Part shown: positions 1 through 9,149 of the stretch, piece after piece
Layout of the letters: every line of letters begins with the position of its first letter
Position numbering within the stretch: the stretch's first letter is position 1
Position numbers and translations under genes: made by a program
Source of the DNA: a bacterium
Lineage (GTDB): Bacteria; Margulisbacteria; Marinamargulisbacteria; JABGVJ01
Direction: 5' to 3'
DNA: 64,000 nucleotides
NCBI GenBank assembly: GCA_018646105.1
Contig: JABGVJ010000099.1
Span: 5,387-69,386, forward strand
Notes under the pieces: generated by a model
Database searches by the model: none
The model's input: only the letters and a program-made list of their open reading frames with translations
What the model was told of the DNA's origin: nothing

Positions 1-23
1 AGATATATGAGTTTGGTGTTGCT

Positions 24-716
24 GTGACTAATTTTCAGGAAATTATGAGTCAAAGGTTGAGCGGGCAGGGGACAGATTTAGAGTTGCGGCAATTAGGGTT
101 AGGTGATTTTTGTCATTTATGGCTTCCAGAGGAAACTGAATCTGGGCGTTTGCGTGAATTAATACCGGTTGCTGAATTTAATCCAGAAAATTTAGAGGTA
201 GCGCATGCGTTTTTAGTAGCGTTTTTAAGAAAAGGATTTCCGTTGGTTTCTTTGATAACAGAAAATTCTATTATACGTAGTATTTTTGGTAGACCACAAG
301 CTGCTGATTTGGTAACGAGTTTGCTTTGTTTTGATTTGGATAAAAAAGGCGGTGAGCTTTGGGCTTTGGTTTTAAGAAATTGGTTTTTGGCATGCGATGT
401 TAACGAGAATGAAAGCAGCTTATTGAATGATTTGAAAAAGGCTTATCCTGGTAAAACTGATCAGGAAGTGATGATGTGTTTTATCCAAGAGTGTTTAAAA
501 ACGCCGGAGTTAGGTTTTAGGGAAGATATGGTGGGTTTATTTTTAGAAAGAGCAATGAGTTTTGAGCAAGTGGTTGAGGAGGCAGAACCGGAAGCGGATT
601 CACCTGTTTTAGCAAGTTTGCTTTGGTTTTATGAACAGCGTATAGATAGTAGTAAATTAGAAGTTATGTTAAGAAGATTGGGTTTTATATCTGAGGATGA
701 TGGAGTTGCGCAATAG
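24..716 (+). CDS. Hypothetical protein. GTG start at 24, but the frame stays open upstream to the window edge, so it may be 5'-partial.
   Basis: Long ORF with core-like codon usage; no motif recognised. Confidence 0.35.
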   Translation: MTNFQEIMSQRLSGQGTDLELRQLGLGDFCHLWLPEETESGRLRELIPVAEFNPENLEVAHAFLVAFLRKGFPLVSLITENSIIRSIFGRPQAADLVTSLLCFDLDKKGGELWALVLRNWFLACDVNENESSLLNDLKKAYPGKTDQEVMMCFIQECLKTPELGFREDMVGLFLERAMSFEQVVEEAEPEADSPVLASLLWFYEQRIDSSKLEVMLRRLGFISEDDGVAQ

Positions 717-784
717 ATAATTTGGGAATAAACTTATTTTACAATAGTTTTTTATTAGATAAATTTGTAAGGAGTATGTAAAAG

Positions 785-2047
785 ATGAAATACAGTGTGG
801 TAAGAGGTACAAAAGATATTTTGCCAGATGAAGTGGAATTGTGGCAGTATATTGAAGAGACTGCGCGCAAAATTTTTGCTTATTATAATTATCAGGAAAT
901 TAGAACTCCTATTTTTGAAGTTACGGAACTATTTCAAAAAAGTTTGGGAGATACCAGTGATGTAGTTGCCAAAGAAATGTATACGTTTTTGGATAAAGGT
1001 GGACGTAGCATTAGTTTGAGGCCGGAAAGTACGGCTTCGGTAGTACGGTCCTATATTCAGCATTCGATGTATAAAACCCAGAAAGTTTCCAAACTTTATT
1101 ATTGTGGACCGATGTTTAGATATGATCGGCCGCAAGCCGGTAGGTATCGACAGTTTCACCAGATTGGCGTGGAAAATTTGGGTTCGGCAGAACCTTTTGC
1201 GGACGCGGAAATAATTTCTTTGGGGGTACATATTTTTGATGAGTTGGGTTTATCTGATTTGTCTGTAGCTCTTAATTCTTCTGGTTGCTCGGTTTGTAGA
1301 CCAGTGATTGAGGAAAGAATCAAACAGTTTTTGGGTAATAGTTTGCCGCATTTATGTAAGGATTGTCAGCGGCGATTTGAGACTAAGCCTTTACGTATTT
1401 TGGATTGTAAAAACAAGAAATGTAATAATTATTTTAGTGCGTTACCAGATATCAGAAAATCTTTGTGTCAGGAATGTAAGGATCATTTTAATTCTGTACA
1501 GGAATATTTGGATAGTTTGGGGATCGAGTTTAAAATTAATCCGCGGTTGGTAAGAGGGTTGGATTATTATAACCGTACGGTATTTGAGATTGTTTCGGAT
1601 CAGTTGGGTGCTCAGAACGCAATTTGTGGCGGTGGACGATATGATACCTTAGTGGAAAAGTTTGGCGGGCCCAAAGTCCCGGCCGTAGGTTTTGCTTTTG
1701 GGATGGAACGGACAGCTTTGGTTTTGCAGAGTTTACATGATAAAAAAGAGTTTAAAAAAGAAAATTTAAAATTATTTATTGTGGCGTTGGGTGAGATGCA
1801 ACGGACTAAAGGTTTTTACATTTTAGATGAAATGAGACGGGCTGGTATTAAAAGTGAAATGTCTTATTCTGATTCTAATTTAAAGACGCAATTGAAGTTG
1901 GCCAATAAATTAGAGGCAAACTATTGTTTGATTATTGGTGAAGATGAAGTGGAAAAAGGAATTGCGGTTTTGAAAAATATGGGAACCGGAGACCAAGAAG
2001 AATTGAGTTTGGATGATGTGGTAACTCAAGTTCAGGAAAGAATATAA
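785..2047 (+). CDS. hisS: Histidyl-tRNA synthetase
   Basis: 420 aa. Class II aaRS motifs and HisRS-typical N-terminus (RGTKDILP, MYTF.DKGGR.ISLRPE, YYCGPMFRYDRPQAGRYRQFHQ); C-terminal anticodon-binding domain. Confidence 0.9.
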   Translation: MKYSVVRGTKDILPDEVELWQYIEETARKIFAYYNYQEIRTPIFEVTELFQKSLGDTSDVVAKEMYTFLDKGGRSISLRPESTASVVRSYIQHSMYKTQKVSKLYYCGPMFRYDRPQAGRYRQFHQIGVENLGSAEPFADAEIISLGVHIFDELGLSDLSVALNSSGCSVCRPVIEERIKQFLGNSLPHLCKDCQRRFETKPLRILDCKNKKCNNYFSALPDIRKSLCQECKDHFNSVQEYLDSLGIEFKINPRLVRGLDYYNRTVFEIVSDQLGAQNAICGGGRYDTLVEKFGGPKVPAVGFAFGMERTALVLQSLHDKKEFKKENLKLFIVALGEMQRTKGFYILDEMRRAGIKSEMSYSDSNLKTQLKLANKLEANYCLIIGEDEVEKGIAVLKNMGTGDQEELSLDDVVTQVQERI

Positions 2048-2050
2048 GAA

Positions 2051-3256
2051 ATGCATTATTTTTTATTGGTAGGAATTGCGCTTTTTGCAGGATTGATGGG
2101 TGGTTTGTTTTTAAAGAAAATTAAGCTTCCTCAAGTAATTGGCTATATTGTGATTGGGTTTTTATTGGGTGCATCAGGATTGAAGTTTTTGAATGCACCA
2201 CAAATTAATTCGTTGAATTTTATTACAGATCTTACTTTAGGGTTAATTGGTTTTTTGATTGGCGGTGAATTACGTTGGGCTAGAATTAAAAAACTAGGTG
2301 TTTCTATTTTTTCTATTGCTATTTTTGAATCTTTATTCACGGCTTTTTTTGTTTTCACGGCTATATATTTATTTACTAAAAATTTGCCTTTAGCGTTATT
2401 GGTAGGGGCGATTTCTTCATCCTCGGCTCCGGGTGGAACTACGGATGTAATTAAAGAATATAGAGCAAGAGGTCCGGTTACGACTACTATTTATGGGGTT
2501 ATCGGGGTAGATGATGCGATTGGAATTATTATTTATGCTTTAATTTTTAATTTTGCTAAAACTTTTTTACATATAGGTGAAGCAACTTCTTTTTGGCATT
2601 TGACTGGTTTTGCAATTTGGGAGATTTTAGGATCTATTTTATTGGGTTTTGTTTTGAGCTTAATTATGATGTATTTGGTGCATAAGATTAAGGATGATGA
2701 CGTGACCCAGCTTTTGGCGTTAGCTGCAGTTTTTATATGTAGCGGGATTGCTATTGGGATGAATTTTTCTATGATTTTAGCGAATATGGCTTTAGGTGTG
2801 TTTTTGTGTAATTTCAGACCGCATTATACACATCGGGTTTTTGTCTTGATGAATAAGTGGACGCCACCTATTTATATTTTATTTTTTATTTTAGTTGGTG
2901 CTAGATTGGATTTTTCTTTGTTGCAAGGTATTGGTTGGTTAGTGCTGATTTATTTGCTTTTTAGATTTTTGGGTAAATATATTGGTAGCTGGTTTGGCGG
3001 ACATGTTTCTGGCGCTCCTGTTAAAGTGAAAAAATATGTGGGATTATGTTTATTGCCTCAAGCTGGTGTTGCCATAGGTTTGGCTATTGCTAGCTATAAT
3101 GAATTAGCGGCTTTTGCGGTTCCAGAGGCTGTTAAGGTTGGAGGACAGGTTATTGCTATTATTACGGTAACTACTTTTATTTTTCAGGTGATAGGTCCTT
3201 TGTTAACTAAAAAAGCTTTGGATGATGCGGGCGAAATAAAAAGAAGAGATTTTTAA
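2051..3256 (+). CDS. Cation:proton antiporter, CPA2/Na+-H+ exchanger family membrane protein
   Basis: 401 aa polytopic membrane protein. N-terminal LPQVIGYIVIGFLLGASGL matches the KefB/NapA-type signature. No KTN domain. Confidence 0.65.
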   Translation: MHYFLLVGIALFAGLMGGLFLKKIKLPQVIGYIVIGFLLGASGLKFLNAPQINSLNFITDLTLGLIGFLIGGELRWARIKKLGVSIFSIAIFESLFTAFFVFTAIYLFTKNLPLALLVGAISSSSAPGGTTDVIKEYRARGPVTTTIYGVIGVDDAIGIIIYALIFNFAKTFLHIGEATSFWHLTGFAIWEILGSILLGFVLSLIMMYLVHKIKDDDVTQLLALAAVFICSGIAIGMNFSMILANMALGVFLCNFRPHYTHRVFVLMNKWTPPIYILFFILVGARLDFSLLQGIGWLVLIYLLFRFLGKYIGSWFGGHVSGAPVKVKKYVGLCLLPQAGVAIGLAIASYNELAAFAVPEAVKVGGQVIAIITVTTFIFQVIGPLLTKKALDDAGEIKRRDF

Positions 3257-3280
3257 CAAAATAAAAAGGAAGGTAATCAT

Positions 3281-3958
3281 ATGTTTGATAAATATTTTGG
3301 TTTTTTGAATTTTGAAGATGAATATGGAGTTATAGAATCTTTTATAGAACATGGAAAAATAGGGTTTAAAGAAGTTTGTTTTTTGGTAGAGATGGTAGAT
3401 TTTTTGTGTGAAAATGAAGAACAAAAAGTTGTAGATAATTATCGAAAGATTAAAGCTTTAAATAAAGAGTCTACGAAGATTTTTCAGGATATTATGCGAC
3501 AGATTATTGAGTCTGATTTTGATTATCAAAAACAATATGATTTGTTGAGAATTTATCAGCGTACAGAAGGTATTTCTGATTATATGATTGCGAGTGCTAA
3601 ACGTATTTTGATTTTTGAAAAATTAGATGGCAAGTTCCCGGCGGAATTAAGCGATTATTTAAAAGATTTAGTACAAAAAGTTAAAGATATATATATGCTT
3701 TATATGGATTGTTTGAATTGTTATATAGATGATAAAAAATGTGTTTTAAATGTTGTGGATAAAATAGAAAATTTGGAACATGAAATAGATGGGGTTAGGT
3801 CCAGGTGTTTAGAAGTATTGTATAAATTGGCTAATGAGAAAAAAATAGCTTTGGGAGATCTTAGGGTTTTAGAGGAAATTGTAGAACATATAGAGGAAAT
3901 TTCAGATGTAGTGGAGGAAGCTGGTAAAAGCGTGGATTGGTTACTTTTAAAGGGATGA
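3281..3958 (+). CDS. DUF47 (PhoU-like, phosphate-transport-regulator-related) family protein
   Basis: 225 aa soluble helical protein with a DUF47-like repeat architecture. Family call from memory only. Confidence 0.4.
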   Translation: MFDKYFGFLNFEDEYGVIESFIEHGKIGFKEVCFLVEMVDFLCENEEQKVVDNYRKIKALNKESTKIFQDIMRQIIESDFDYQKQYDLLRIYQRTEGISDYMIASAKRILIFEKLDGKFPAELSDYLKDLVQKVKDIYMLYMDCLNCYIDDKKCVLNVVDKIENLEHEIDGVRSRCLEVLYKLANEKKIALGDLRVLEEIVEHIEEISDVVEEAGKSVDWLLLKG

Positions 3959-4710
3959 CGTTTAATCTTTTAAGATTTAAGGTGATAGATTCTACGAATA
4001 CCTATGCTTTAAAGTATTTGCATCAGTATGCAGATAAAACCGTGGTGGTGGCAGATCAGCAGACTAAGGGTAGGGGAAGATTTGATAGGCGATGGGTTTC
4101 GGACAGTGTAAATAATCTGTATATGTCGATTATTTTAAAGCCTCTTGTTTCAGACCATACAGTAGAGTCTCAGAAAAAAATTATGACGATTACGCCAATG
4201 ACAAGTTTGGCGTTGGCTGAGGTTCTGCAAAAATATTTTCAAGATACAAATTTCAAACTAAAAATTAAATGGCCAAATGATGTTTTGGTGGATGAACAAA
4301 AAATAGCTGGTATTTTGGCGGAAACAAAAGTGAAGGGGAATGTTTTTACAGGGATTGTAGTGGGGGTTGGCATTAATCTTGATATGTCAGAAAAAGATTT
4401 GGCTGAAGTAGGGCAACCGGCTACGGCTTTAAATATTTTGTTGCAGAAGAAAATCGATAAAGAGATTTTTTTAAAGGAATTTCTAGAGATTTTTGAGCGT
4501 AATTATGAACTTTTATGGAAAAAAGGGTTTGCTGAGTTTAGATCGGTATATGAACAAAAGCTACATAATCTAGGCCAAAGAATTTTTATTAAAACAAGTA
4601 AAGCCGTTTATACTGGTGTTTTAGAGGGTGTGGATGCGGAAGGCGCTCTGCAATTACGGCAGGATGATGGAAATTTGAAACTTTTATATTCTGGGGAAGA
4701 AATAGGATAG
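3955..4710 (+). CDS. birA: Biotin--[acetyl-CoA-carboxylase] ligase, group I with no HTH domain. Start moved to the ATG at 3955, which gives an ATGA overlap with the upstream stop.
   Basis: KVIDSTNTYA near the N-terminus; QTKGRGRFDRRWVS biotin-binding motif; C-terminal SH3-like domain. Confidence 0.8.
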   Translation: MTFNLLRFKVIDSTNTYALKYLHQYADKTVVVADQQTKGRGRFDRRWVSDSVNNLYMSIILKPLVSDHTVESQKKIMTITPMTSLALAEVLQKYFQDTNFKLKIKWPNDVLVDEQKIAGILAETKVKGNVFTGIVVGVGINLDMSEKDLAEVGQPATALNILLQKKIDKEIFLKEFLEIFERNYELLWKKGFAEFRSVYEQKLHNLGQRIFIKTSKAVYTGVLEGVDAEGALQLRQDDGNLKLLYSGEEIG

Positions 4711-4718
4711 GTTTTAAA

Positions 4719-4761
4719 GGCCTCACCCCCTAGCCCCCTCTCCATATTAATGGAGAGGGGG
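4719..4761. repeat. REP-like GC-rich palindromic element, copy 1 (GGCCTCACCCCCTAGCCCCCTCTCCA tattaa TGGAGAGGGGG)
   Basis: 11-bp perfect stem with a 6-nt loop. Near-identical copies at 5022-5064 and 24582-24625, and degenerate copies at 10963-11012 and 17890-18210. Confidence 0.7.
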
Positions 4762-4785
4762 AATAACTAAGGAATATTATTGGTA

Positions 4786-4814
4786 TTGACGAGCTTTTTT
4801 GTGGGTGTTATAAT
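4786..4814 (+). promoter_or_regulatory. Near-consensus sigma70-type promoter: TTGACG, 17-nt spacer, TATAAT
   Basis: -35 at 4786-4791 and -10 at 4809-4814, on the + strand. The nearest downstream ORF (MATE, 5231) is over 400 nt away. Confidence 0.45.
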
Positions 4815-5021
4815 TCCCCTTACCTAAATTTTGTGAGTGTGTAAAAATGTATAATCAAATGCTACGCTTTTTTTGTCTTTGTGTTTTTGGGCTAATCTAG
4901 CCTGAGGATATCTTTTTAATTTTTCAATTTAATTGTGAGAGAAAGAATATATTTACCGGCTTAGGCTAGGTGTGTTTTTTGGGAGTGATGTGCCCCCCCT
5001 TAGATGAGATGCAAAGGATAA

Positions 5022-5064
5022 GGCCTCACCCCCTAACCCCCTCTCCATATTAATGGAGAGGGGG
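5022..5064. repeat. REP-like palindromic element, copy 2. Its 3' tail AGAAGGGAAAAGCATAATTATGAAA runs to 5096.
   Basis: Same 11-bp stem and loop as copy 1. The tail is shared with copy 3. Confidence 0.7.
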
Positions 5065-5155
5065 AACAATAATAGAAGGGAAAAGCATAATTATGAAAGA
5101 TGGGTACAGGTTTGTGGTCATAAGGATTGAAGATTAAAAAAGGAGGTGGAGAAAA

Positions 5156-5218
5156 GTGAAGAGAAACAACAGAAGGTTTGGAATGGTTATTAAAGGAAGA
5201 TGTAATTTTTGGATGTAA
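5156..5218 (+). CDS. Upstream small ORF, 20 codons (V/M-KRNNRRFGMVIKGRCNFWM). It has the strongest SD in the region and sits just before the MATE gene.
   Basis: AAGGAGGTGG at 5140-5149, 9 nt before the GTG at 5156. Its stop (5216-5218) overlaps the weak SD of the MATE ORF. Confidence 0.3.
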   Translation: MKRNNRRFGMVIKGRCNFWM

Positions 5219-5230
5219 GGAATAAAGAAA

Positions 5231-6661
5231 ATGAGTTATTTAAAAAATTTATATAAAGAGATGGATATTAAATTGAAGTATCCATTGGAACGCATGGTTT
5301 TAAGAAAAATGCGAGGAAGAGGCGGTATTAAAGAGCTGATAAGGATTGCTTTACCTTTTGTTCTGTCAATGTTGTCGTTTACGGTATTGGGGTTTGTAGA
5401 TAGGGTCTTTTTGTCTTGGTACAGTATAGAGGCGGTAGCTGCAGCAATGCCTGCTTTGTCTTTGACGTGGCTGTTTTTTTGTATTTTTACAGGGACCGCA
5501 GGGTATATCAATACTTTTATTGCCCAATATTATGGAGCTAATGATAAGCGGCATGTGGCAAAGATGTTTTGGCAGGGAGTTTATTTTTCTCTAATGGCGA
5601 TTGTGCCGTTTTTGTTGTGTTTGCCATTGGGACGTATGTTAATTAATTATTTTCATGGGTCAGCTGGTTTTGTGGAACAGGAATTGATTTATTTTTCAAT
5701 TTTGATGCAAGGCGGGTTTCTGGCTATTTTATTGCAGGTGCCAGCTAGTTTTTTTTCTGGGTTAGGGAAAACGCATATCAATATGTACGCGACGTTTATA
5801 CAGGTGATCGTGAATCTATTATTTGATTATCTTTTGATTTTTGGGAATTTTGGGTTTCCACAAATGGGGATGGCAGGGGCTGCTTTGGCTACGGTTTTGG
5901 CATGGGCTAGTTCGGTACTATTTTATTTTGGGCTAATTTTTCAGAAGAAGTATCGTTTGAAGTTTAGAATACATAAATTGTATCAGTTTAATAAAGTGCT
6001 TTTTGTTAAATTATTAAAGTATGGATTGCCTAATGGACTGAGTTTTTTTGTTGGAGAAATGAGTTTTGCTTTTTTTAATTTGATTATTGGTTTGCTAGGA
6101 ACGGTTGCGATGGCGGCGAGTAATATTGTAATTTCTATTTATCTTTTTGCTGTTTTACCGGTTTTTGGATTTGGGTTAGCAACTTCGGTTTTGATAGGGC
6201 AGTATATTGGTAGGAAAAAGAGAAAAATTTGTGACAAAATTATTTTTAATGTTTTTATGTTAACTTTTATTTATGTTTTTTTTGTTTTATGGATGATTTT
6301 TGGATTGGAAAATGTCTTGTTGGGTGTTTTTAATAAGACCGGATTAGCGGAGTTTGAAGAGATTACGTTGATTGCTAAAAAACTTATTTTATTGTTTCCA
6401 ATTTTGTTAGTGGGGGAGATTGTATACCAGATTTATGCAAATGCCTTGAATGGTGCCGGAGATACGAAATTTAAAATGTGGGCTATTTTTGTGATCACGT
6501 TTATTTTTATGAGCTTAGAATATGTCGTGATTGTGATGTGGGGCTGGCCGATTATGTATATTTGGCTTTTGGCGGGTTTGCATTATTTTGTGATGGGACT
6601 GGTGTTATATTTTCGTTATAAGATGGGTGTTTGGAAGACTATAAATATTCATGGTGATTGA
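5231..6661 (+). CDS. MATE-family multidrug/oligosaccharidyl-lipid efflux transporter (NorM-like)
   Basis: 476 aa, 12-TM pattern with a two-repeat architecture. The true start may be an internal Met. Confidence 0.7.
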   Translation: MSYLKNLYKEMDIKLKYPLERMVLRKMRGRGGIKELIRIALPFVLSMLSFTVLGFVDRVFLSWYSIEAVAAAMPALSLTWLFFCIFTGTAGYINTFIAQYYGANDKRHVAKMFWQGVYFSLMAIVPFLLCLPLGRMLINYFHGSAGFVEQELIYFSILMQGGFLAILLQVPASFFSGLGKTHINMYATFIQVIVNLLFDYLLIFGNFGFPQMGMAGAALATVLAWASSVLFYFGLIFQKKYRLKFRIHKLYQFNKVLFVKLLKYGLPNGLSFFVGEMSFAFFNLIIGLLGTVAMAASNIVISIYLFAVLPVFGFGLATSVLIGQYIGRKKRKICDKIIFNVFMLTFIYVFFVLWMIFGLENVLLGVFNKTGLAEFEEITLIAKKLILLFPILLVGEIVYQIYANALNGAGDTKFKMWAIFVITFIFMSLEYVVIVMWGWPIMYIWLLAGLHYFVMGLVLYFRYKMGVWKTINIHGD

Positions 6662-6683
6662 TTTGTAGTATCATATTTGCAAT

Positions 6684-7526
6684 ATGATTAAATTTTTTGA
6701 TTTTTTAAGCCAAAACACCTTGTGTGTTACTAAAGAATGTATCTTACGATGTGAGCATTGCCATCTTTGGTCTAACCCGGTTTTTCAGAAAATAAAAGTC
6801 CCTAAAATAAGTGATGATGGTTTTGACTTGTTTAGGAGTTTGTCAGATCAGGAGCGAAATCGTAAATTAACGGCAGTAGGGGATGTCTCTGATTTAATTC
6901 AAGCTGGGCAGTTCTTTAAAACGTTTAAGAAGGCAAAAGTTTTTAATGTCATAGGTGGAGAGCCCTTGGTTTGCAAAGAATTGCCTTATATCCTGGGTTT
7001 TTTGCAAAAGAATAAGATTAAAGTAAGGTTGTGGACGAACGGTGTTTTTAATCTGGATGTTCTGGATCAGGTAAAAGACTTGGTAGATGAATTTTGTTTT
7101 TATTTGCCAAGTTGTGACAAAAAAGGGTATAGGCTGCTTACGGGTTTTGATGGGTTAGGAATATTAGAAGAAAATATACGTTATTTGCAAGCCGAAAAAC
7201 GGCATGTGATATTAAATCATTTTGTGACAAGATCGTCACTTCCTGATTTGCCAGAGGTTTATGAATATGCACGAAAGTTTGATTTAAGGTTATATTTAAA
7301 TTATTCGGTGCATGCCAAATTTCAAAGGGAATCAATCGCTTATATTAAACGGTTTAAAAAGGAACGTAAGGTGATGGTTTTGAGAAAGAAGAATTTCGGA
7401 CAAGATGTTTGTGCAGGGGTACATTTTGATTTATGGCCTAGACATGATTTGGAGACGATTTGGTTTCAGGGACAAAATTGTTTTCAAGAGTTCATGAGAA
7501 ATTTGGCATGGTCTTTGCATGTTTAA
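6684..7526 (+). CDS. Small radical-SAM domain protein
   Basis: CxxxCxxC (C-ILR-C-EH-C) near the N-terminus; GGEPLV motif; 280 aa. Confidence 0.5.
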   Translation: MIKFFDFLSQNTLCVTKECILRCEHCHLWSNPVFQKIKVPKISDDGFDLFRSLSDQERNRKLTAVGDVSDLIQAGQFFKTFKKAKVFNVIGGEPLVCKELPYILGFLQKNKIKVRLWTNGVFNLDVLDQVKDLVDEFCFYLPSCDKKGYRLLTGFDGLGILEENIRYLQAEKRHVILNHFVTRSSLPDLPEVYEYARKFDLRLYLNYSVHAKFQRESIAYIKRFKKERKVMVLRKKNFGQDVCAGVHFDLWPRHDLETIWFQGQNCFQEFMRNLAWSLHV

Positions 7527-7568
7527 TTGGTACCTCATGAAAAATCTCATGTTTATACAGACGTTTTT

Positions 7569-7597
7569 TTGCTTTGGAGATAGTTTTGCTTTATAAT
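7569..7597 (+). promoter_or_regulatory. Candidate sigma70 promoter for proS: TTGCTT, 17-nt spacer, TATAAT
   Basis: -35 at 7569-7574 and -10 at 7592-7597. RBS AAGAGGT at 7620-7626; ATG at 7633. Confidence 0.45.
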
Positions 7598-7632
7598 AAT
7601 AAAAAATTATTCTTAGAAAAGAGGTTTAAGTC

Positions 7633-9138
7633 ATGAAAACAGCGATTACGCCAACCAGAGACGAAGATTATGCTCAATGGTACCAGGAAGTAGTGAAAGC
7701 TTCGGATTTGGCTGAAAATTCACCGGTGAGAGGCTGTATGGTGATCAAACCGTGGGGATATGCGATTTGGGAAAATATTAGAACGATTATGGATCGGATG
7801 TTTAAAGAGTCTGGTGTAAAAAATGCTTATTTTCCTTTATTTATTCCTTTAAGTTTTTTAGAAAAAGAAGCAGAGCATGTGGAAGGGTTTGCGAAAGAAT
7901 GTGCGGTAGTAACCCATCATAGATTAGAGAAAGGGCCAAACGGAGGGTTAGTACCAGCAGGACCTTTGGCAGAGCCTTTGGTGGTACGGCCTACTTCAGA
8001 GACAATTATTGGTGATTTGTTTGCTAAATGGACTAAGAGTTATCGGGATTTACCTATTTTGATTAATCAATGGGCTAATGTTGTGAGATGGGAAATGCGG
8101 ACGCGTTTGTTTTTGAGAACAACAGAGTTTTTGTGGCAGGAAGGCCATACGGTACATAGTAGTAAAGAGGAAGCGGAAGAACGTACGTTGATGATGTTGG
8201 ATGTATACGAAAAATTTGCTCGTGATTATTTGGCGATACCGGTGATTACAGGTAGAAAAACTGCAGGGGAGAGATTTCCTGGTGCGGTAGATACGTTTTG
8301 TATGGAAGCAATGATGCAGGATCGTAAGGCCTTACAATTTGGAACGTCGCATTTTTTGGGGCAAAATTTTTCTAAAGCAGCGGAAATTAAGTTTCAAACA
8401 GTTCAGGGTACAGAAGAATATGCATGGACTACGTCTTGGGGTGTGTCTACAAGGATGATCGGTGGAATGATTATGGCACATTCTGATGATGATGGTTTGG
8501 TATTACCTCCACGGGTAGCGTCTAGTCATGTGGTTTTAATGCCGATTATTAAAAGAGAAGAAGATCGGTCTAGAGTAATGGATTATACAAAAGGTTTGGC
8601 TCAGGATTTAAAGAACAAATTTTATGTTTATCGTAATTTAGAAGTGGAAATTGATACCAGGGACGTTGGTGGTAGAGCATGGGATTGGATAAAAAAAGGG
8701 ATTCCGGTAAGAGTAGAGATTGGGCCTAAAGAAGTAGATCAAAAAACAGTTTTTGTGGGTAGGCGAGATAAAAGTCCTAAAGATAAAGCGGCCTTGGATA
8801 AAGAGGTTTTTAAAGAGCAGATACTGGATATATTAGAAGAGATACAACAAAATATTTTGGTACGAGCAAAAACATTTAAAAAGAAAAACACAGTTGTGAT
8901 AGATGAAAAACAAAAATTTTATGATTTTTTCACACCTCAAAATAAACAAAAACCAGAAATTCATGGCGGTTTTGTTCTAGCACATTGGTGTACAAATGAG
9001 GCTTGTGAAAACAAAATTAATGAAGATTTGAGTGTTACTATTAGATCAGTACCTTTAACACCAAAAACTGAAAAAGGTAAATGTATTTATTGCGGAAAAG
9101 ATAGTACGCAACGTGTGGTATTTGCTAAGGCCTATTGA
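7633..9138 (+). CDS. proS: Prolyl-tRNA synthetase, archaeal/eukaryotic type with a C-terminal zinc-binding domain
   Basis: 501 aa. Class II core; no bacterial INS editing domain. C-terminal HWCTNEACE...CIYCGK Cys cluster is typical of archaeal-type ProRS. Confidence 0.9.
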   Translation: MKTAITPTRDEDYAQWYQEVVKASDLAENSPVRGCMVIKPWGYAIWENIRTIMDRMFKESGVKNAYFPLFIPLSFLEKEAEHVEGFAKECAVVTHHRLEKGPNGGLVPAGPLAEPLVVRPTSETIIGDLFAKWTKSYRDLPILINQWANVVRWEMRTRLFLRTTEFLWQEGHTVHSSKEEAEERTLMMLDVYEKFARDYLAIPVITGRKTAGERFPGAVDTFCMEAMMQDRKALQFGTSHFLGQNFSKAAEIKFQTVQGTEEYAWTTSWGVSTRMIGGMIMAHSDDDGLVLPPRVASSHVVLMPIIKREEDRSRVMDYTKGLAQDLKNKFYVYRNLEVEIDTRDVGGRAWDWIKKGIPVRVEIGPKEVDQKTVFVGRRDKSPKDKAALDKEVFKEQILDILEEIQQNILVRAKTFKKKNTVVIDEKQKFYDFFTPQNKQKPEIHGGFVLAHWCTNEACENKINEDLSVTIRSVPLTPKTEKGKCIYCGKDSTQRVVFAKAY

Positions 9139-9149
9139 AGGTATTTTGA

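Noticed and set aside
717-784. T-box or other riboswitch leaders upstream of hisS, proS and serS
   Set aside because: The leaders are only about 70-115 nt, too short for a T-box. No specifier/T-box consensus, purine-riboswitch or ZTP motif was recognised upstream of the purE gene either.
7527-7568. Small hairpin CATGAAAAATCTCATG after the radical-SAM gene as a terminator
   Set aside because: Only a 5-bp AT-rich stem, which is too weak. It more likely just sits upstream of the proS promoter.
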